Shown here: positions 12,796 through 25,537 of the stretch, one piece after another
How the letters are laid out: each line of letters starts with the position of its first letter
Numbering within the stretch: position 1 is the first letter of the stretch
Assembly (NCBI RefSeq): GCF_006345805.1
Contig: NC_042997.1
Coordinates: forward strand, 186,682,001 to 186,746,000
Direction of reading: 5' to 3'
Length of the DNA stretch: 64,000 nucleotides
From: Octopus sinensis
Taxonomy: Eukaryota
The notes under the pieces: generated by a model
What the model was told of the DNA's origin: nothing
Seen by the model: the letters and a program-made list of their open reading frames with translations, nothing else
Database searches by the model: none
Program-made: the position numbers and the translations under genes

Positions 12796-12834
12796 TAGAT
12801 AGATAGATAGGTAGGTAGGTATATAGATAGATAG

Positions 12835-13060
12835 GCGGCGAGCTGGCAGAAACGTTAGCACGCCGAGTGAAATGTGTAGCCATATTTCGTCTGCTGCTAC
12901 GTTCTGAGTTCAAATTCCGCCAAGGTGACTTTGCCTTTCATCCTTTCGGGGTCGATAAATTAAGTACCAGTTACGCCACTGGGGTCGATATAATCGACTT
13001 AATCCGTTTGTCTGTCCGTTTGTCCTCTCTGTGTTAGCCCTTGTGGGTAGTAAAGAAATA
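12835..13060 (+). mobile_element. SINE S3 (GGCGGCGAGCTGGCAGAA head; GCCTTTCATCCTTTCGGGGTCGATAAA core) with 17-bp TSD
   Basis: GGTATATAGATAGATAG at 12818-12834 and 13061-13077. Confidence 0.85.
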
Positions 13061-13065
13061 GGTAT

Positions 13066-13137
<72 letters not shown>

Positions 13138-13189
13138 GGACTAACAGATAAACATACAGATAGACATACAGATAGATAGATATACAGAC

Positions 13190-13264
<75 letters not shown>

Positions 13265-13557
13265 CAGACAGACAAAGAGACAAATAAGTGCACAAATACC
13301 TAACCACACACACATACACACACACAGGCACGAGCAGAAATACGTACAGATGCTGTATGTCCAATGTGCATTGATTTAGAATTTCCAGTGATTAAAGAGA
13401 TACTTTAGACTTTCACTCTGCCGTGTTTGATTTCAAATATTCAATAGAGTGTATTCCAAAATGTCTGCATTCCTGCATTGAACTGTTAAAATTGAACTGT
13501 TTTTTTTTAACATTGATAATTTATGAAAGCCTGACATACATTTAACACATCGATAGT

Positions 13558-13604
13558 CTCACCTGATGAAGAGAATTGTGAATGATATATCTGAAATATT
13601 GTTG
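13558..13604 (+). ncRNA. Degenerate hammerhead-like motif with canonical core in a Penelope-like end
   Basis: CUGAUGA ... GAAA with only a short AGA/UCU stem II and a weak stem I. Confidence 0.3.
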
Positions 13605-13775
13605 CTTCGACTGTAGGCAATTATTTATCTATTTTATATTCAACCACACACATATATATATATATATATAAAGATATGTATGCTTGTATATGTGTGCGTG
13701 TGTATCTTCTTATTATTATTGTTACTACTACTACTACTACTACTATTACTACTATTGTTATTGTTATTGTTTAAG

Positions 13776-13975
13776 GTGGTGAACTGGCAGAATCATTAGC
13801 AAGCCAGGTAAAAATGCTTAGCGGTATTTTGTCTGCTGCTACATTCTGAGTTCAAATTCTGCTGAGGTCGACTTTGCCTTTCATCCTTTCAGAGTTGATA
13901 AATTAAGTACCAGTGAAACACTGGGGTCAATGTAATCGACTAGTCCACTCCCTCAAAATTTCAGGCCTCTAATAG
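13776..13975 (+). mobile_element. SINE S3 monomer
   Basis: S3 head and core present. Confidence 0.8.
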
Positions 13976-14008
13976 AACGGATTATTTCTTGTGCTTTTAT
14001 TATTATTA

Positions 14009-14040
<32 letters not shown>

Positions 14041-14060
14041 TATTATTATTATTATCATCG

Positions 14061-14118
<58 letters not shown>

Positions 14119-14176
14119 CATCATCATTATTATCATTATTATTATTATTATTATATTATTATTATTATTATTATTA

Positions 14177-14372
14177 TTAATGCTCAGGAAGCATGGAGGT
14201 TTTAAAGGGTGCAATGTCTCAGCAACTAACATCTGATGCAGGTAGTTTGTTCCATGCTTTAGCAACTCTAGGTGTGGAAAAATGTTTCCAAAAGTCACAA
14301 GAGCTGTGCTATTTTCTAGCTTTGTGCCCAAACAAGTCGAATGCTTACACAGAGTAGGTTTTATAGCCACAT
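14177..14372 (-). mobile_element. CR1-type LINE 3' end with (TAA)n tail
   Basis: KHFSTPRVAKAWNKLP...FKTSML matches the CR1 ORF2 C-terminal RV..AWNxLP motif; followed by (AAT)n at 13990-14176. Confidence 0.7.
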
Positions 14373-14669
14373 CATCCAAACTGACCAGGCGAAACTGAAC
14401 TTAGCTGCTAGTACACACACATATAAGAGAGATGAGAGAAACAGTCAGATAGAGAAGTACAAATATGACTGTGTCGTTAAGAAGTTAGAGAGAGAGAGAG
14501 AGATAAAGAGAGAAGGAGCAATAACAGAATCAACTTTAGTACAGGTTAGGTATTGGAATTATTGGCCTCAAATGGTTTAAAGGTCAGAGTTGACCTCTGT
14601 CAACATATACTGCAATATATCCATTGCTCTAAAACTTGGACAATTCATCTGATATGTACTCTCTCTCAG

Positions 14670-14720
<51 letters not shown>

Positions 14721-14899
14721 CATGCACACATGGACATACATATATATTGGAAGACATTTATTATCATTAGTATCAGATGAGTTTTTCAACAACTATAATA
14801 AACCAATAACATTAAGCAAGGATTCTGGGATTCATTGATATTGATAACAATAACTGCACGTAGATAACATTCATGATTATAAGGCTTCCACTATATGTA

Positions 14900-15012
14900 T
14901 ATATGTTTGTATGTATATAGATAGATAGATAGATAGATAGATAGACATACATACAGACAGACTGACAGAGATAATTATCTAGATATATATAGATATATAT
15001 ATATATATATAT

Positions 15013-15078
<66 letters not shown>

Positions 15079-15245
15079 GGATGGATGGATGGATGGATGG
15101 ATGGATGGATCAATGGATGGATGGATGGATAGATAAATAGATGGATGGATGGATGGATGGATGGATGGATAGATAGATAGATAGATAGATAGATGAATGG
15201 ATGGATGGATAGATGGATGGATGGATGGATAGATAGATAGACAGT
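14900..15245. repeat. (GATA)n/(GATG)n/(TA)n compound microsatellite
   Basis: Read directly. Confidence 0.95.
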
Positions 15246-15769
15246 GTATTCTATCTACATTTTCAACTTGTTTCACTCTTCTGCCTTTCCAAGATGAATA
15301 TTAGGAAAGCCGAGCCTAATATTTTATTCATGGGGCTGACCTTTGCCCTCTTATTCTTCTTAGTCAGATTTCCACTCCACTCCACCTTATCCCACCTCTA
15401 CCCCCTACCAAGATCCCTCAGTACTCATTCTTGTGATGACACTGTAGCAGCAAATAGTTGAATCGGTCACAGGAATTTCAAACTTGTGGAATTTGGCAAA
15501 TCGGTGCATGCAGACAGTCTTTGTGTTTGGTGTAGGGGGCGATGAAATGCTTACAGTTTTGTGACTCATTCACATCTTTTGGTGTCGTTTCTTCTGTCCC
15601 TATTTTCCATTCTTTCTACCATTCTTTCTTCTAATGCTTTCTTTCTTTCTCCCTTCTTTTCTTTCTCACTTTCTTTCTTTTTCGTTTGTTTGTTTCTTTC
15701 TTTCTTTCTTTCTTTCCAAGATGGTGTCTCAATAGACTCTCTTCTCTTTCTGCAACTTCTGTCTTCATC

Positions 15770-15802
15770 GTCATAGCTGTTGCTGTTGTTGTTGTTATTG
15801 TT

Positions 15803-15839
<37 letters not shown>

Positions 15840-15950
15840 CTAACATTATCATCATCATCATCATCGTCATCGTCATCGTCATCGTCATCATCATCATCAT
15901 CATCATCTTCATCATCATCATCATCATCATCATCGTCATCATCATCATCA
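15770..15950. repeat. (CAT)n microsatellite
   Basis: Read directly. Confidence 0.95.
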
Positions 15951-16794
15951 TCTCCCACTCACTATTGTTTTATCAATCCTTCTCTCTCTCTTTTTGACCT
16001 TCTTTTTTTCTCCCTTTCTTTTCTACCCACCCCCTCTCTGTCTCTCTTTCTTCCTCCCTGTCTCTTCCACTTCCCACCCCCACCCCCACCCATACCCCAA
16101 GCAGGCATCTGGTGTTGTGCTGCTGCATGTCTTCACACGTGTCTGCGTTATCTTGTTTTGTAAACACAGAATATCTGTGAATTTTGTAGTGGAAATTCTT
16201 CAACAGTTCCATAAATTAATATTATCCATATTAGATGGATGATATAATTTCCTATTCAACAGAGAAACTGGTGGTAGGGAATGGAACAAAGGGTTAGGGT
16301 GGGGGGTAAATAAATTCTTTCAGGATTCTTGAAAAACCCTAAAACCAAATGTGTTTCAAACAAAAGTAAAAAAAAAATAAATAAAAACGATAAGAAATTC
16401 AATTTTATATTCCTCCAACACCTTCTCCCCTTCTTCCTTCCTTATACCTCTTGTCTACTATTCCTCCCTCTCGCTCTTTCTCTTTCTTGCCTTCATCATC
16501 ACCTCATCTCTTACTCATCTCACCCCTGATCCACCATTTTCTTATTATCTTTCACATCTTACTGTTTTATCCTTTTGTGTGTTCATATTTCTAAAGTATG
16601 TTACCTTTATATTTCAAAATCTGTAAAAAAATTTTTTTTTCACAAAGGAGGAAAAATAAAATGTAGCCTTAATTTATTGGTTTCTTAGCAATTTTTCATT
16701 TTGTTTTTTCAACGGAAACAGTATTACTGAACAAATTCTTCCTAGTGGTATTTAAATCCAAAAACGTGAAAACATATAACTCAACAAAATTATC

Positions 16795-17262
16795 ATCATC
16801 ATCATTTAATATTTGTTTTCAATACAGACATGGATTAGATGGTTTGATAGGAGCTGGAAAGCTCAGGAGCCAAACCAGGTTTCATTGACTGTTTTGGCAT
16901 GGTTTCTACAGCTGGATGCCCTTCCTAACACCAATCACTTTACAGGATTTACTAGGTGCTTTTTATATGGTGCCAAAACAGGTGATTTTTACATGGCACC
17001 AACACAAGTATTTCTTCATGTGGCACCAGCACAGGTGCTGGCACAGATGCGTTTACAAGGCATTAGCACAGGTGTTCTTTTCTACGTCACCTGCGTAGGT
17101 ACTGTTTTACATGCCACCAGGACAGGAGCTTTTTGCATGGCACCAGCACAAATATTTCTTTACGTGGCACCAGCACAGGTGCTTTTTACATGGCGCCACT
17201 ATTGGTGCTCTTTGTGTGGTACTGGCACAGATGCCTGTTACATGGCATTAGCACATGTAACA
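16795..17262 (-). mobile_element. Diverged SINE S1 with ~25-bp internal minisatellite
   Basis: S1 core at about 16910-16935, then about 11 degenerate TTTTACGTGGCACCAGCACAGGTGC units. Confidence 0.7.
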
Positions 17263-17896
17263 GGCATCTGTTACACAATGCCTGGTCTGGGAATCGAAAC
17301 CACAATCCTCCGACCACGAATCCACTGCCCTAACCACTGTACCTCCACAGTCGGTTTGAATGCTAAAGGGTTAATTTCATCTACTTTGGCCTTGTGTTGC
17401 TAGCACCTATCTAAGTTACTCATTTTCTCAACGAATCAACTGGACACCCATTTGTATGGCATCAAAATAAACAGCAGTGGCTTTAACATAGCCATTCCTA
17501 GAACATTCAACTTTTTGCACCCAGATTACATAACTAGAGTTATAATTGATAACAGTGGTAGCTGCAGCAAACACAGCAGCAAAGACAACGGAGCAGGTGT
17601 GAAATACCTGTTCAGGTAACCACCTTTACTGGCAACCCAGCAAAATAAAAACCTCAAAGTCACTTCAAGAACAAATGTCAAATCACAGTCCTCTACTTAC
17701 TGAGACTCTTCATTTATGCCTAACAACTTGCTGTTGCTGTGCAGAGGAACAACTTTCATCTCTTATATTCATCTCTGGAATCAGCAACATTCACCATTTT
17801 TATTGAATTTAATTCTTGATGTCAAAATTGAAACTCATATTATATTTACATTATTTTATTGTGGTCAATCAAGCTCTCTCTCTCTTTGCCCTTTTT

Positions 17897-18133
17897 AAAG
17901 CCTAGCCAGGCTCATGGGCCCAGTTTCCTGGTTTCTATGGCGTATGTGTTCCCCAGCTGGACGGGACACCAGTCCATTTCAGCGTTACTCATTTTTGCCA
18001 GCTGAGTGGACTGGAGCAACGTGAAATGAAGTGTTTTGCTCAAGAACACAACGCATCACCCAGTCCAGGAATCGAAACCACAATCTTACGATCATGGTGC
18101 TGACACCCTAACCACTAAGCTATGTGCCTCCAC
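17897..18133 (-). mobile_element. tRNA-headed SINE S4, full length
   Basis: Reverse complement of 24453-24717 and 54181-54428; A and B boxes present. Confidence 0.85.
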
Positions 18134-19128
18134 GGTCAATCAAGCTGGTCACACCAAAATTAGTTTATTGATCAGGTGAGAATATATTTTCCCATTCTAT
18201 TATTGTAATAGAATATACCATTTCATCTGTTATTTAGCACAAAGTTCTTTTGTTAGTATTTAGATTGTTTACATATTTCACAACAGTACACACACACAGC
18301 ATAACTGAAGAGAATTGGTTCCAATCAAGAATTGGAAAACAGGTACAAAAATCAGCCTTTTAGTAACTTATATTTGTATATATGGCCCAGTGGTTAAGGT
18401 GTTGCAGTCATGATCACAGGATTGTGGTTCTGATTCCCAGACAAGCAGTACATTGTATTCCTGTGCAAAATACTTGATTTCACATTTCTCAAGTCTATTC
18501 AGCTAGTTGTAGTTTCATACCAGCAGCATAACATTCTTTGAAAGCTACTACAATACAAGGAAGCATATTGTGGCTAGCAGTCTATAAGCACACCTGATAG
18601 TTCAGTTGATACAATGATACAGAGAGTCATTGCAATGGTATTTATCCAGGAATGGTTAAGCTGGCTCCTACTTGTGAGTTCATCATAGTTGTGAGTTCAT
18701 GGGAGTTTCAAGGGATGATCAAAGTAGGTGAAAACAGTTTCCATCTGTATTCGTAAGCCACTATACACGACCAGTGGCAGGTCACCCTTGTGTTAAAGTT
18801 TCTTGCCACAGGATGCCCAGAGATGCAATCTAATGCCACCAGGAAGGCACCGGATTCCAGAACAGATGCTGCCTGGAATTCCCTATTGCCTTCCAGTTAG
18901 CTGGGTTCTGGCCCTAGCGCTGCCAGTATCAGACCTGTCTGCTTTTGGTGGCTCTACTAGGGACTCGAAGTCCCTACCAGCATAGCTCTGACACTCACCT
19001 GTTTAACCTTCTCACCATAATGAGGTCAAGGGTTAGACTTTGAGTGATGTATACATATATATATAATGATGATGATGATGATATAATGATATATATATAT
19101 ATACACACACACACACATATATATATAC

Positions 19129-19159
<31 letters not shown>

Positions 19160-19168
19160 TATATATAC

Positions 19169-19216
<48 letters not shown>

Positions 19217-19330
19217 ATATATATATCTGTTATTAGTGATAGAAGCAGCATTTGTTCAGAATAGCATTCTGTATAAATTACTTCATGTGAATACACTGTA
19301 GAAAGCCACAAAACTGCATGCATATATATA

Positions 19331-19790
19331 TCATCATCATCATCATCATCATCATTTAACGTCCGCTTTCCATGCTAGCATGGGTTGGACGGTTCAACTG
19401 GGGTCTGGGGAGCCCGAAGGCTGCACCAGGCCAGTCAGATCTGGCAGTGTTTCTACAGCTGGATGCCCTTCCTAACGCCAACCACTCCGAGAGTGTAGTG
19501 GGTGATTTTATGTGCCACCGACACAGGTGCCAGACGAGGCTGGCGAACGGCCACGCTCGGATGGTGTTTTTTATGTGCCACCGACACAGGTGCCAGATGA
19601 GGCTGGCAGACGGCCACGCTCGGATGGTGTTTTTATGTGCCACCGACACAGGTGCCAGATAAGGCTGGCGAACGGCCATGATCGGATGGTGTTTGTTACG
19701 TGCCCACAGCACGGAGGCCAGTCGATGCGGTACTGGCTACGGCAACGTTCGGATGGTTTTCTTGTGTGCCACCGGCACCGGTACCACAAA
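19331..19790 (-). mobile_element. SINE S1 with ~62-bp internal tandem repeat (about 4.5 units)
   Basis: Units start near 19501, 19563, 19626, 19688 and 19755. Confidence 0.85.
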
Positions 19791-20164
19791 GATACAAATT
19801 CCATTGATGTTCATCTATTTTGATTTGTTTTACACACACATACACACACAAACATCTATCTCTCTATCTATCAAGCTCTCTCTCTTTCTCTCAATATATA
19901 TATATATATATATATACATATCTATGTATATGTATATGTGTGTGTGTATATGTATATATATATACATATATATAATGTATATTCAACAGGTTTCTTTCAG
20001 TTTCCATCTACCAAATCCACTCACAAGGCTTTGGTCAGTCTCAGGCTATAGTAGAAGACACTTGTCCAAGGTGCCATGCAATGGGTCTGAACCCAGAACC
20101 ATGTGGTTGGTAAGCAAGCTACTTACCACAAAGCCAGTCCTAGTTCAAAATTTTACTAAAAAAA

Positions 20165-20300
20165 CAAGACAGAGACAGGTGAGTGAACAACAAATTAGGA
20201 GTATTAGTTTCACACTCATGAAGAATGGAAAAGTCTTTGATGTTTCAAGCATATGCTCTCCTAAAGAAAGAATGAAGAGAGAAAGCAAAGGAAGTGAGGA
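20165..20300 (-). mobile_element. Diverged H1 repeat with dead hammerhead core (20235-20270)
   Basis: CUUU CUUUAGG A GAGC AUAU GCUU GAAAC AUC AAAG; stems kept, core mutated. Confidence 0.55.
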
Positions 20301-21218
20301 AAAGAAAAGAGAGAAGAAAAAAACTTGTGTCTGGATTAACGGTTGCACATGTTGATATATATACATACATGTATTACCTACATACAAATATAAGTGTGTA
20401 TGTATATATATACACACACGCACACACACAACACACACACACATTGTGTAGGGCTAACCACTTCTAACCCTAAGATGAACCCTGAATGTAATTTGACTAA
20501 CAGCAACTCTAATCTCAGCTTCAGTTCTTAAATGTCATTCTAATCCTAATTATATTTTATCTCTAATCCTAATTGTAAATCTAAACTTAACACTTGTTCC
20601 TAATCCTGCTTAAAGTCAAACCTTCTTTTGCTTTGTTTTGTTTTTGTTTGTTTGTTTGTTTTTACCTATATATCACAATGTCACATACTATACACTCCCA
20701 CATACTTATTCAGTTTGATAAAAAATATAGATAAGAAAATATTTATTGCCCAAGACTTGAAAAGCATTCAGTGTATCTATGAATTGGAAGGGATTTATTT
20801 AGAAAGGGAAACAGAAAGAAGAAAGGTAGGTGGAGTGTGGGTGGGGGAGAAAGAGGAAGAAATCTAATAATTAATTGAGAGATAAGACCCAAGTTCATTC
20901 ATGGCTGATTACAAATTTTTTTTTCCTATATAAAAAGGAACTCTTTATATTCTCCACTCCAACCCTACCCTCCACACACACATACAAACATACAAACATA
21001 CAAACATACACAAACACTTCCTAATCAGAGGGAATGGCCAGTCAAAATCTGTTGTAGTAAATATCTTCTTTTTAGAAGTTTTACAGAATGTGACACATAT
21101 AGAAAGAAATAAGCACTATTGAATTCTGTCCTTAGTTCTTGAATAATTAAGGATTTGGAAATGGAGGGAAAAGTGGTGATAACTAAATAGATAGGGTGCA
21201 AAGCGCCAGACTGCTATA

Positions 21219-21627
21219 CTCTCTCTTTTACTTGTTTCTGTCATGTGACTGTGGCCATGCTGGAGCACCGCCTTTAGTCGAGCAAATCGACCCCAGGACT
21301 TATTCTTTGTAAGCCTAATACTTATTCTATCGGTCTCTTTTGCCAAACTGTTAAGTTACGGGGATGTATACACACCAGCATCAGTTGTCAAGCGATGTTG
21401 GATGGACACACACACAGACACACAAACATACACACATACATACATATATATATGTATATACATATATATGACGGGATTCTTTCAGTTTCTGTCTACCAAA
21501 TCCACTCACAAGGCTTTGGTTGGCCCGAGGCTATAGTAGAAGACACTTGCTCAAGGTGCCATACAGTAGGAATTAACCCAGAACCATGTGGTTCATAAGC
21601 AAGCTACTTACCACATAGCCACGCCTA
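21219..21627 (-). mobile_element. SINE S2 (TGTGGTAAGTAGCTTGC head, central TA/TG microsatellite, GGCGGTGCTCCAGCATGGCC..GAAACAAGTAAAAGAG tail)
   Basis: Full-length; further copies or fragments at about 20000, 23950, 31790, 33240, 33500, 41640, 41870, 46690, 49715, 57040 and 63325. Confidence 0.85.
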
Positions 21628-21656
21628 CGTCTCTCTGGACGTTTGATACAATATTC

Positions 21657-22239
21657 TTTTCTGCTCTAGGCACAAGGCCTAAAATTTTGGGGGAGGGGAC
21701 CAGTTAATTAGATTGACCCCAGTATGCAACTGGTACTAATTTATTGACCCTGAAAGGATGAAAGGCAAAGCCAACTCTGTGGAATTTGAACTTAGAACGT
21801 AAAGACAGACGAAATACAGCTAAGCATTTCACCCAGCATGCTAACATTTCTTATTTCTTTATTACCCACAAGGGGCTAGACTAAGAGAGGACAAACAAAG
21901 ACAGACAAAGGGATTAAGTCAATTATATCGACCCCAGTTCGTAACTGGTACTTAATTTATCGACCCCGAAAGGATGAAAGGCAAAGTTGACCTCAGTGGA
22001 ATTTGAACTCAGAACATAAAGACAGATGAAATACCTATTTCTTTACTATCCACAAGGGGCTAAACATAGAGTGGACAAACAGGGACAGACAAGGGAGTTA
22101 AGTCGATTACATCGACCCCAAAAGGATGAAAAGCAAAGTCGACCTTGACGGAATTTGAACTCAGAACGTAGCGGCAGACGAAATACCACTAAGCATTTCG
22201 CCTGGCATGCTAACATTTCTGCCAGATTGCCGCCTTACA
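21657..22239 (-). mobile_element. SINE S3 head-to-tail trimer within one 15-bp TSD
   Basis: TTTGATACAATATTC at 21642-21656 and 22240-22254. Confidence 0.85.
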
Positions 22240-23099
22240 TTTGATACAATATTCAAATATCAGTTTTCATTTACTTTTCCTTTTTCTTCTTTCTTTCTTT
22301 CCTATTTTGTCTTTTTCACCTGTCCTAGCATCTGTTTTCTAGAAGCTTCACCATAATATGCGACATACATAGATACAGGCACTAACGCACCTAGTCTTTA
22401 GTTCTTGAATAATTAAGGATCTGGAAATGGAGGGAAAAGTGGCGATAACTTGATAACTGAATAGATAAACTCCAGATTGCTATTTGAGCATTTGATACAA
22501 TACTGAAATATCTGTGTTCTTTTCCTTTTCTTTTTCTTTGTTTCCTTTTTTTTTTTTCTTTTCACCTGTCCTAGAGTCTGTTAATGAGGTGAAGCTGGAG
22601 CACCACAGAGCCAATCTCAGATCTAAGATAACAGCTTCTTTGTTCTTATCACTATCCCATTGTCAGTTAATGAGGTGAATTTAGAATACCACTGAGTCAA
22701 GCTTAGACTTGATATTTGATCTGAGTTTTTACTTTGCTGTTGTTTTGTTTCGTTTTAGTTTTTATTTATTTTTCTCTTTCACATCTCACCCATTGCCTGT
22801 TAATGAGGTGTAGCTGACTCAAGCCATATTTCTTTCTATAAACCTAGCTCACCATGAAGCCCTCTGTAATTTAAACTGGTTGCTCTTAAAAGTTTGGGGT
22901 TCCTCCTCTCTGATATGTTGTTATTCGTTTATCTGAGTATCTGTTCGGTATCTATAGACATTGTTTAGTCTCTTTTCAATAGAAATTTGTCTATTAAGCA
23001 GAAGTTTTGGGTTTTTTTTCTTTTTTGCCTTGTTGTTGGCTGGGGTTTGGAATATGCAAAGAGGAATGTGTGGACATGTGCATATGTGTTGTATATGTA

Positions 23100-23940
23100 T
23101 GTATGTTGTATTTGTATGTATGTATGTATGTATGTATGTATGTATGTATGTATGTATGCATGTATGTATGTATGTATGTATGTATGTATGTATGTATGTA
23201 TGTATGTATGTATGTATGTATGTATGTATGTATGTACATATATACGTATGTACGTATGTATGTATGTATGTAAGTACGCATGTATGTGTATGTGTCTTTG
23301 TGTGTATATGTGTGTGTGTGTGTGTTGGTGCGATTTTGTGTATGTATGTGCAATATTGTGTGTGTGTATCACTGTGATTTTGTGTATGTGTGTATGTGCA
23401 ATTTTGTGTGTGTGTGTGTGTGTGTGACAGTGAAATTTTGTGTATGTGCACTTTTGTGTGTGTGTGTGTCTGTGTCAGTGCAATTCTGTGTAAGTGTGTA
23501 TGTGCAATTTTGTGTGTGTGTGTGTGTGTGTGACAGTGAAATTTTGTGTATGTGCACTTTTGTGTGTGTGTGTGTCTGTGTCAGTGCAATTCTGTGTAAG
23601 TGTGTATGTGCAATTTTGTGTGTGTGTGCGTATGTACAATTTTGTGTGTATGTGCATGTGCATTTATGTGTATATGTGTTGTGTGTATGTGTGTAACTTC
23701 GTGTGTGCATGCACATATGTGTGTGTTGCATGTGTGTGTTGGGTGTGTGTGTTGTGTGTATGTGTGTTGTATGCATGTGTGTGTTATGTGTGTGTGTACT
23801 TGTGTGTGCATGCATGTGTGTGTATGTGTGTGCATGTGCATGTATGTGTGTGTGTGTGTTGTGTGTGCATGTGTGTGTGTGTGTGTGTGTAACTTCGTAT
23901 GTGCATGCATATATATGTGTGTGTGTTGTGTGTGTTATGT
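23100..23940. repeat. (TATG)n plus (TG)n array with interspersed GTGCAATTTTGTG motifs and a ~105-bp internal duplication
   Basis: Read directly; about 23420-23525 is repeated at about 23528-23630. Confidence 0.9.
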
Positions 23941-24344
23941 TTCTGTGTGATAGAATAAGTACTACACTTACAAAGAATAAATCCTGCGGTCGATTTGCTC
24001 AACTAAAGGTGGTGCTCCAGCATAGCCACAGTCAAATGACTGAAAAAAGTAAAAGAGTAAAAGAGTAAAAGAATTATTTCCCATCTTTTGTTTCATTTAA
24101 AAAAATATTTTTTTATTTTATAGTTTATCATTCTTTTACAATTTGAATTATATATGGAGGCACCTAAAATATTTTGAGTGCTTATGGCCTCTATGGGTCT
24201 TAATCTGGCCCTGCACATATATTATCAAAATGTGCTGCAGATTATTAAAAATATAATTTAGGGCTTTGGAAAATCCAGCCTAATTGTAGAGTATTTTGAA
24301 GAATGTGTGTGATTCATAATTTTGTGACATGCAAGTTTGGTTAA

Positions 24345-24846
24345 AAACCTTTTATTACTAATTTTCTGTGAAATTTACTGCCTTTGTCTCAATTAATTTT
24401 TAAAATATTGAAGAATTTGATAAAAAAATTTTGTTATAATTAAGTGGTTGTTTGTGGATGCGTGTGGCTTAGTGGTTAGGGTGTCAGCATCATGATCGTA
24501 AGATTGTGGTTTCGATTCCTGGACCTGGCGACGCATTGCGTTTTTGAGCAAAACACTTCATTTCTCGTTGCTCCAGTCCACTCAGCTGGCAAAAATGAGT
24601 AACACTGCGATGGACTGGTATCCCATCCAGCTGGGGAACAAATACGCCATGGAAACTGGGAAACTGGGCCCATGAACCTGGCTAGGCTTTAAAAGGGCGC
24701 ATTTATTTTATTTTTTAAGTGTTTGTTTGGAAAATAAATTAACATAGAATTTTCAAGGAATACTGTTTTAATTTAGATAATTTTAAAATGGTAAATTTAT
24801 ATCACAGAACCAAAGGTAGTCTCAGGTGGGTTGATATCAAAAGGAT
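24345..24846. mobile_element. piggyBac-like MITE (decayed CCCTTTT...AAAAGGG ends), interrupted by SINE S4
   Basis: The right end GGTGGGTTGATATCAAAAGG is the reverse complement of the 26227 element start. The family assignment is from recall. Confidence 0.4.
24453..24717 (+). mobile_element. tRNA-headed SINE S4
   Basis: A box TAGTGGTTAG, B box GGTTTCGATTCC; flanking TAAGTG(G/T)TTGTTTG direct repeat. Confidence 0.85.
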
Positions 24847-24879
24847 TCATAAAACGATGTAATAGATTTTTCTTTAAAG

Positions 24880-25062
24880 CACCATCCGATCGTGGCCGTT
24901 TGCCAGCCTCAGAGTGGTTGGCATTAGGAAGGGCACCCAGCCGTAGAAACATTGCCAGATCAGACTGGGCCTGGTGCAGCCTTCTGGCTTCCCAGACCAC
25001 AGTTGAACCGACCAACCCATGCCAGCATGGAAAGCAGATGCTAAACGATGATGATGATGATG
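24880..25062 (+). mobile_element. SINE S1 3' part
   Basis: Core plus (GAT)n tail. Confidence 0.8.
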
Positions 25063-25537
25063 ATAATATTTTCTTCTAAATTCTTTATTTTAAGTCATTT
25101 TCAAAAATAAAACTTTCAAAGCAAAATCTGCGTGTATGTGTCTTTGTGTATTTGTTTGTCTCCCAGTGGTGCTTGACAAACACTGTTAGCAAAAACCCCC
25201 ACTTCAGTCATGAATGACCATGGGATTACTCCTAGAAAGTTCCCCTCCAAGATACAAGCCCGGGCAAGGTTGTTTATGGAACACCAAACTCACCCATGCA
25301 TACCAGCTTCTCCTTTCCACATCATCTATGTTATTCAAAGGAAAGCCTGATACAGCTTGGTACCAATGATGCCACAACTCATTTCTACAGCTGAGTGAAC
25401 TGAAGCAATGTGAAACAAAGTGTCTTGCTCAAGAACACAACATACAACCTGATCCGGGAATCAAACCCACCACCTCATGATTGTGAGCCAGCACTCTAAC
25501 CACTGAGTCATATGTTGATAGAAACATGGTAAGAAAA

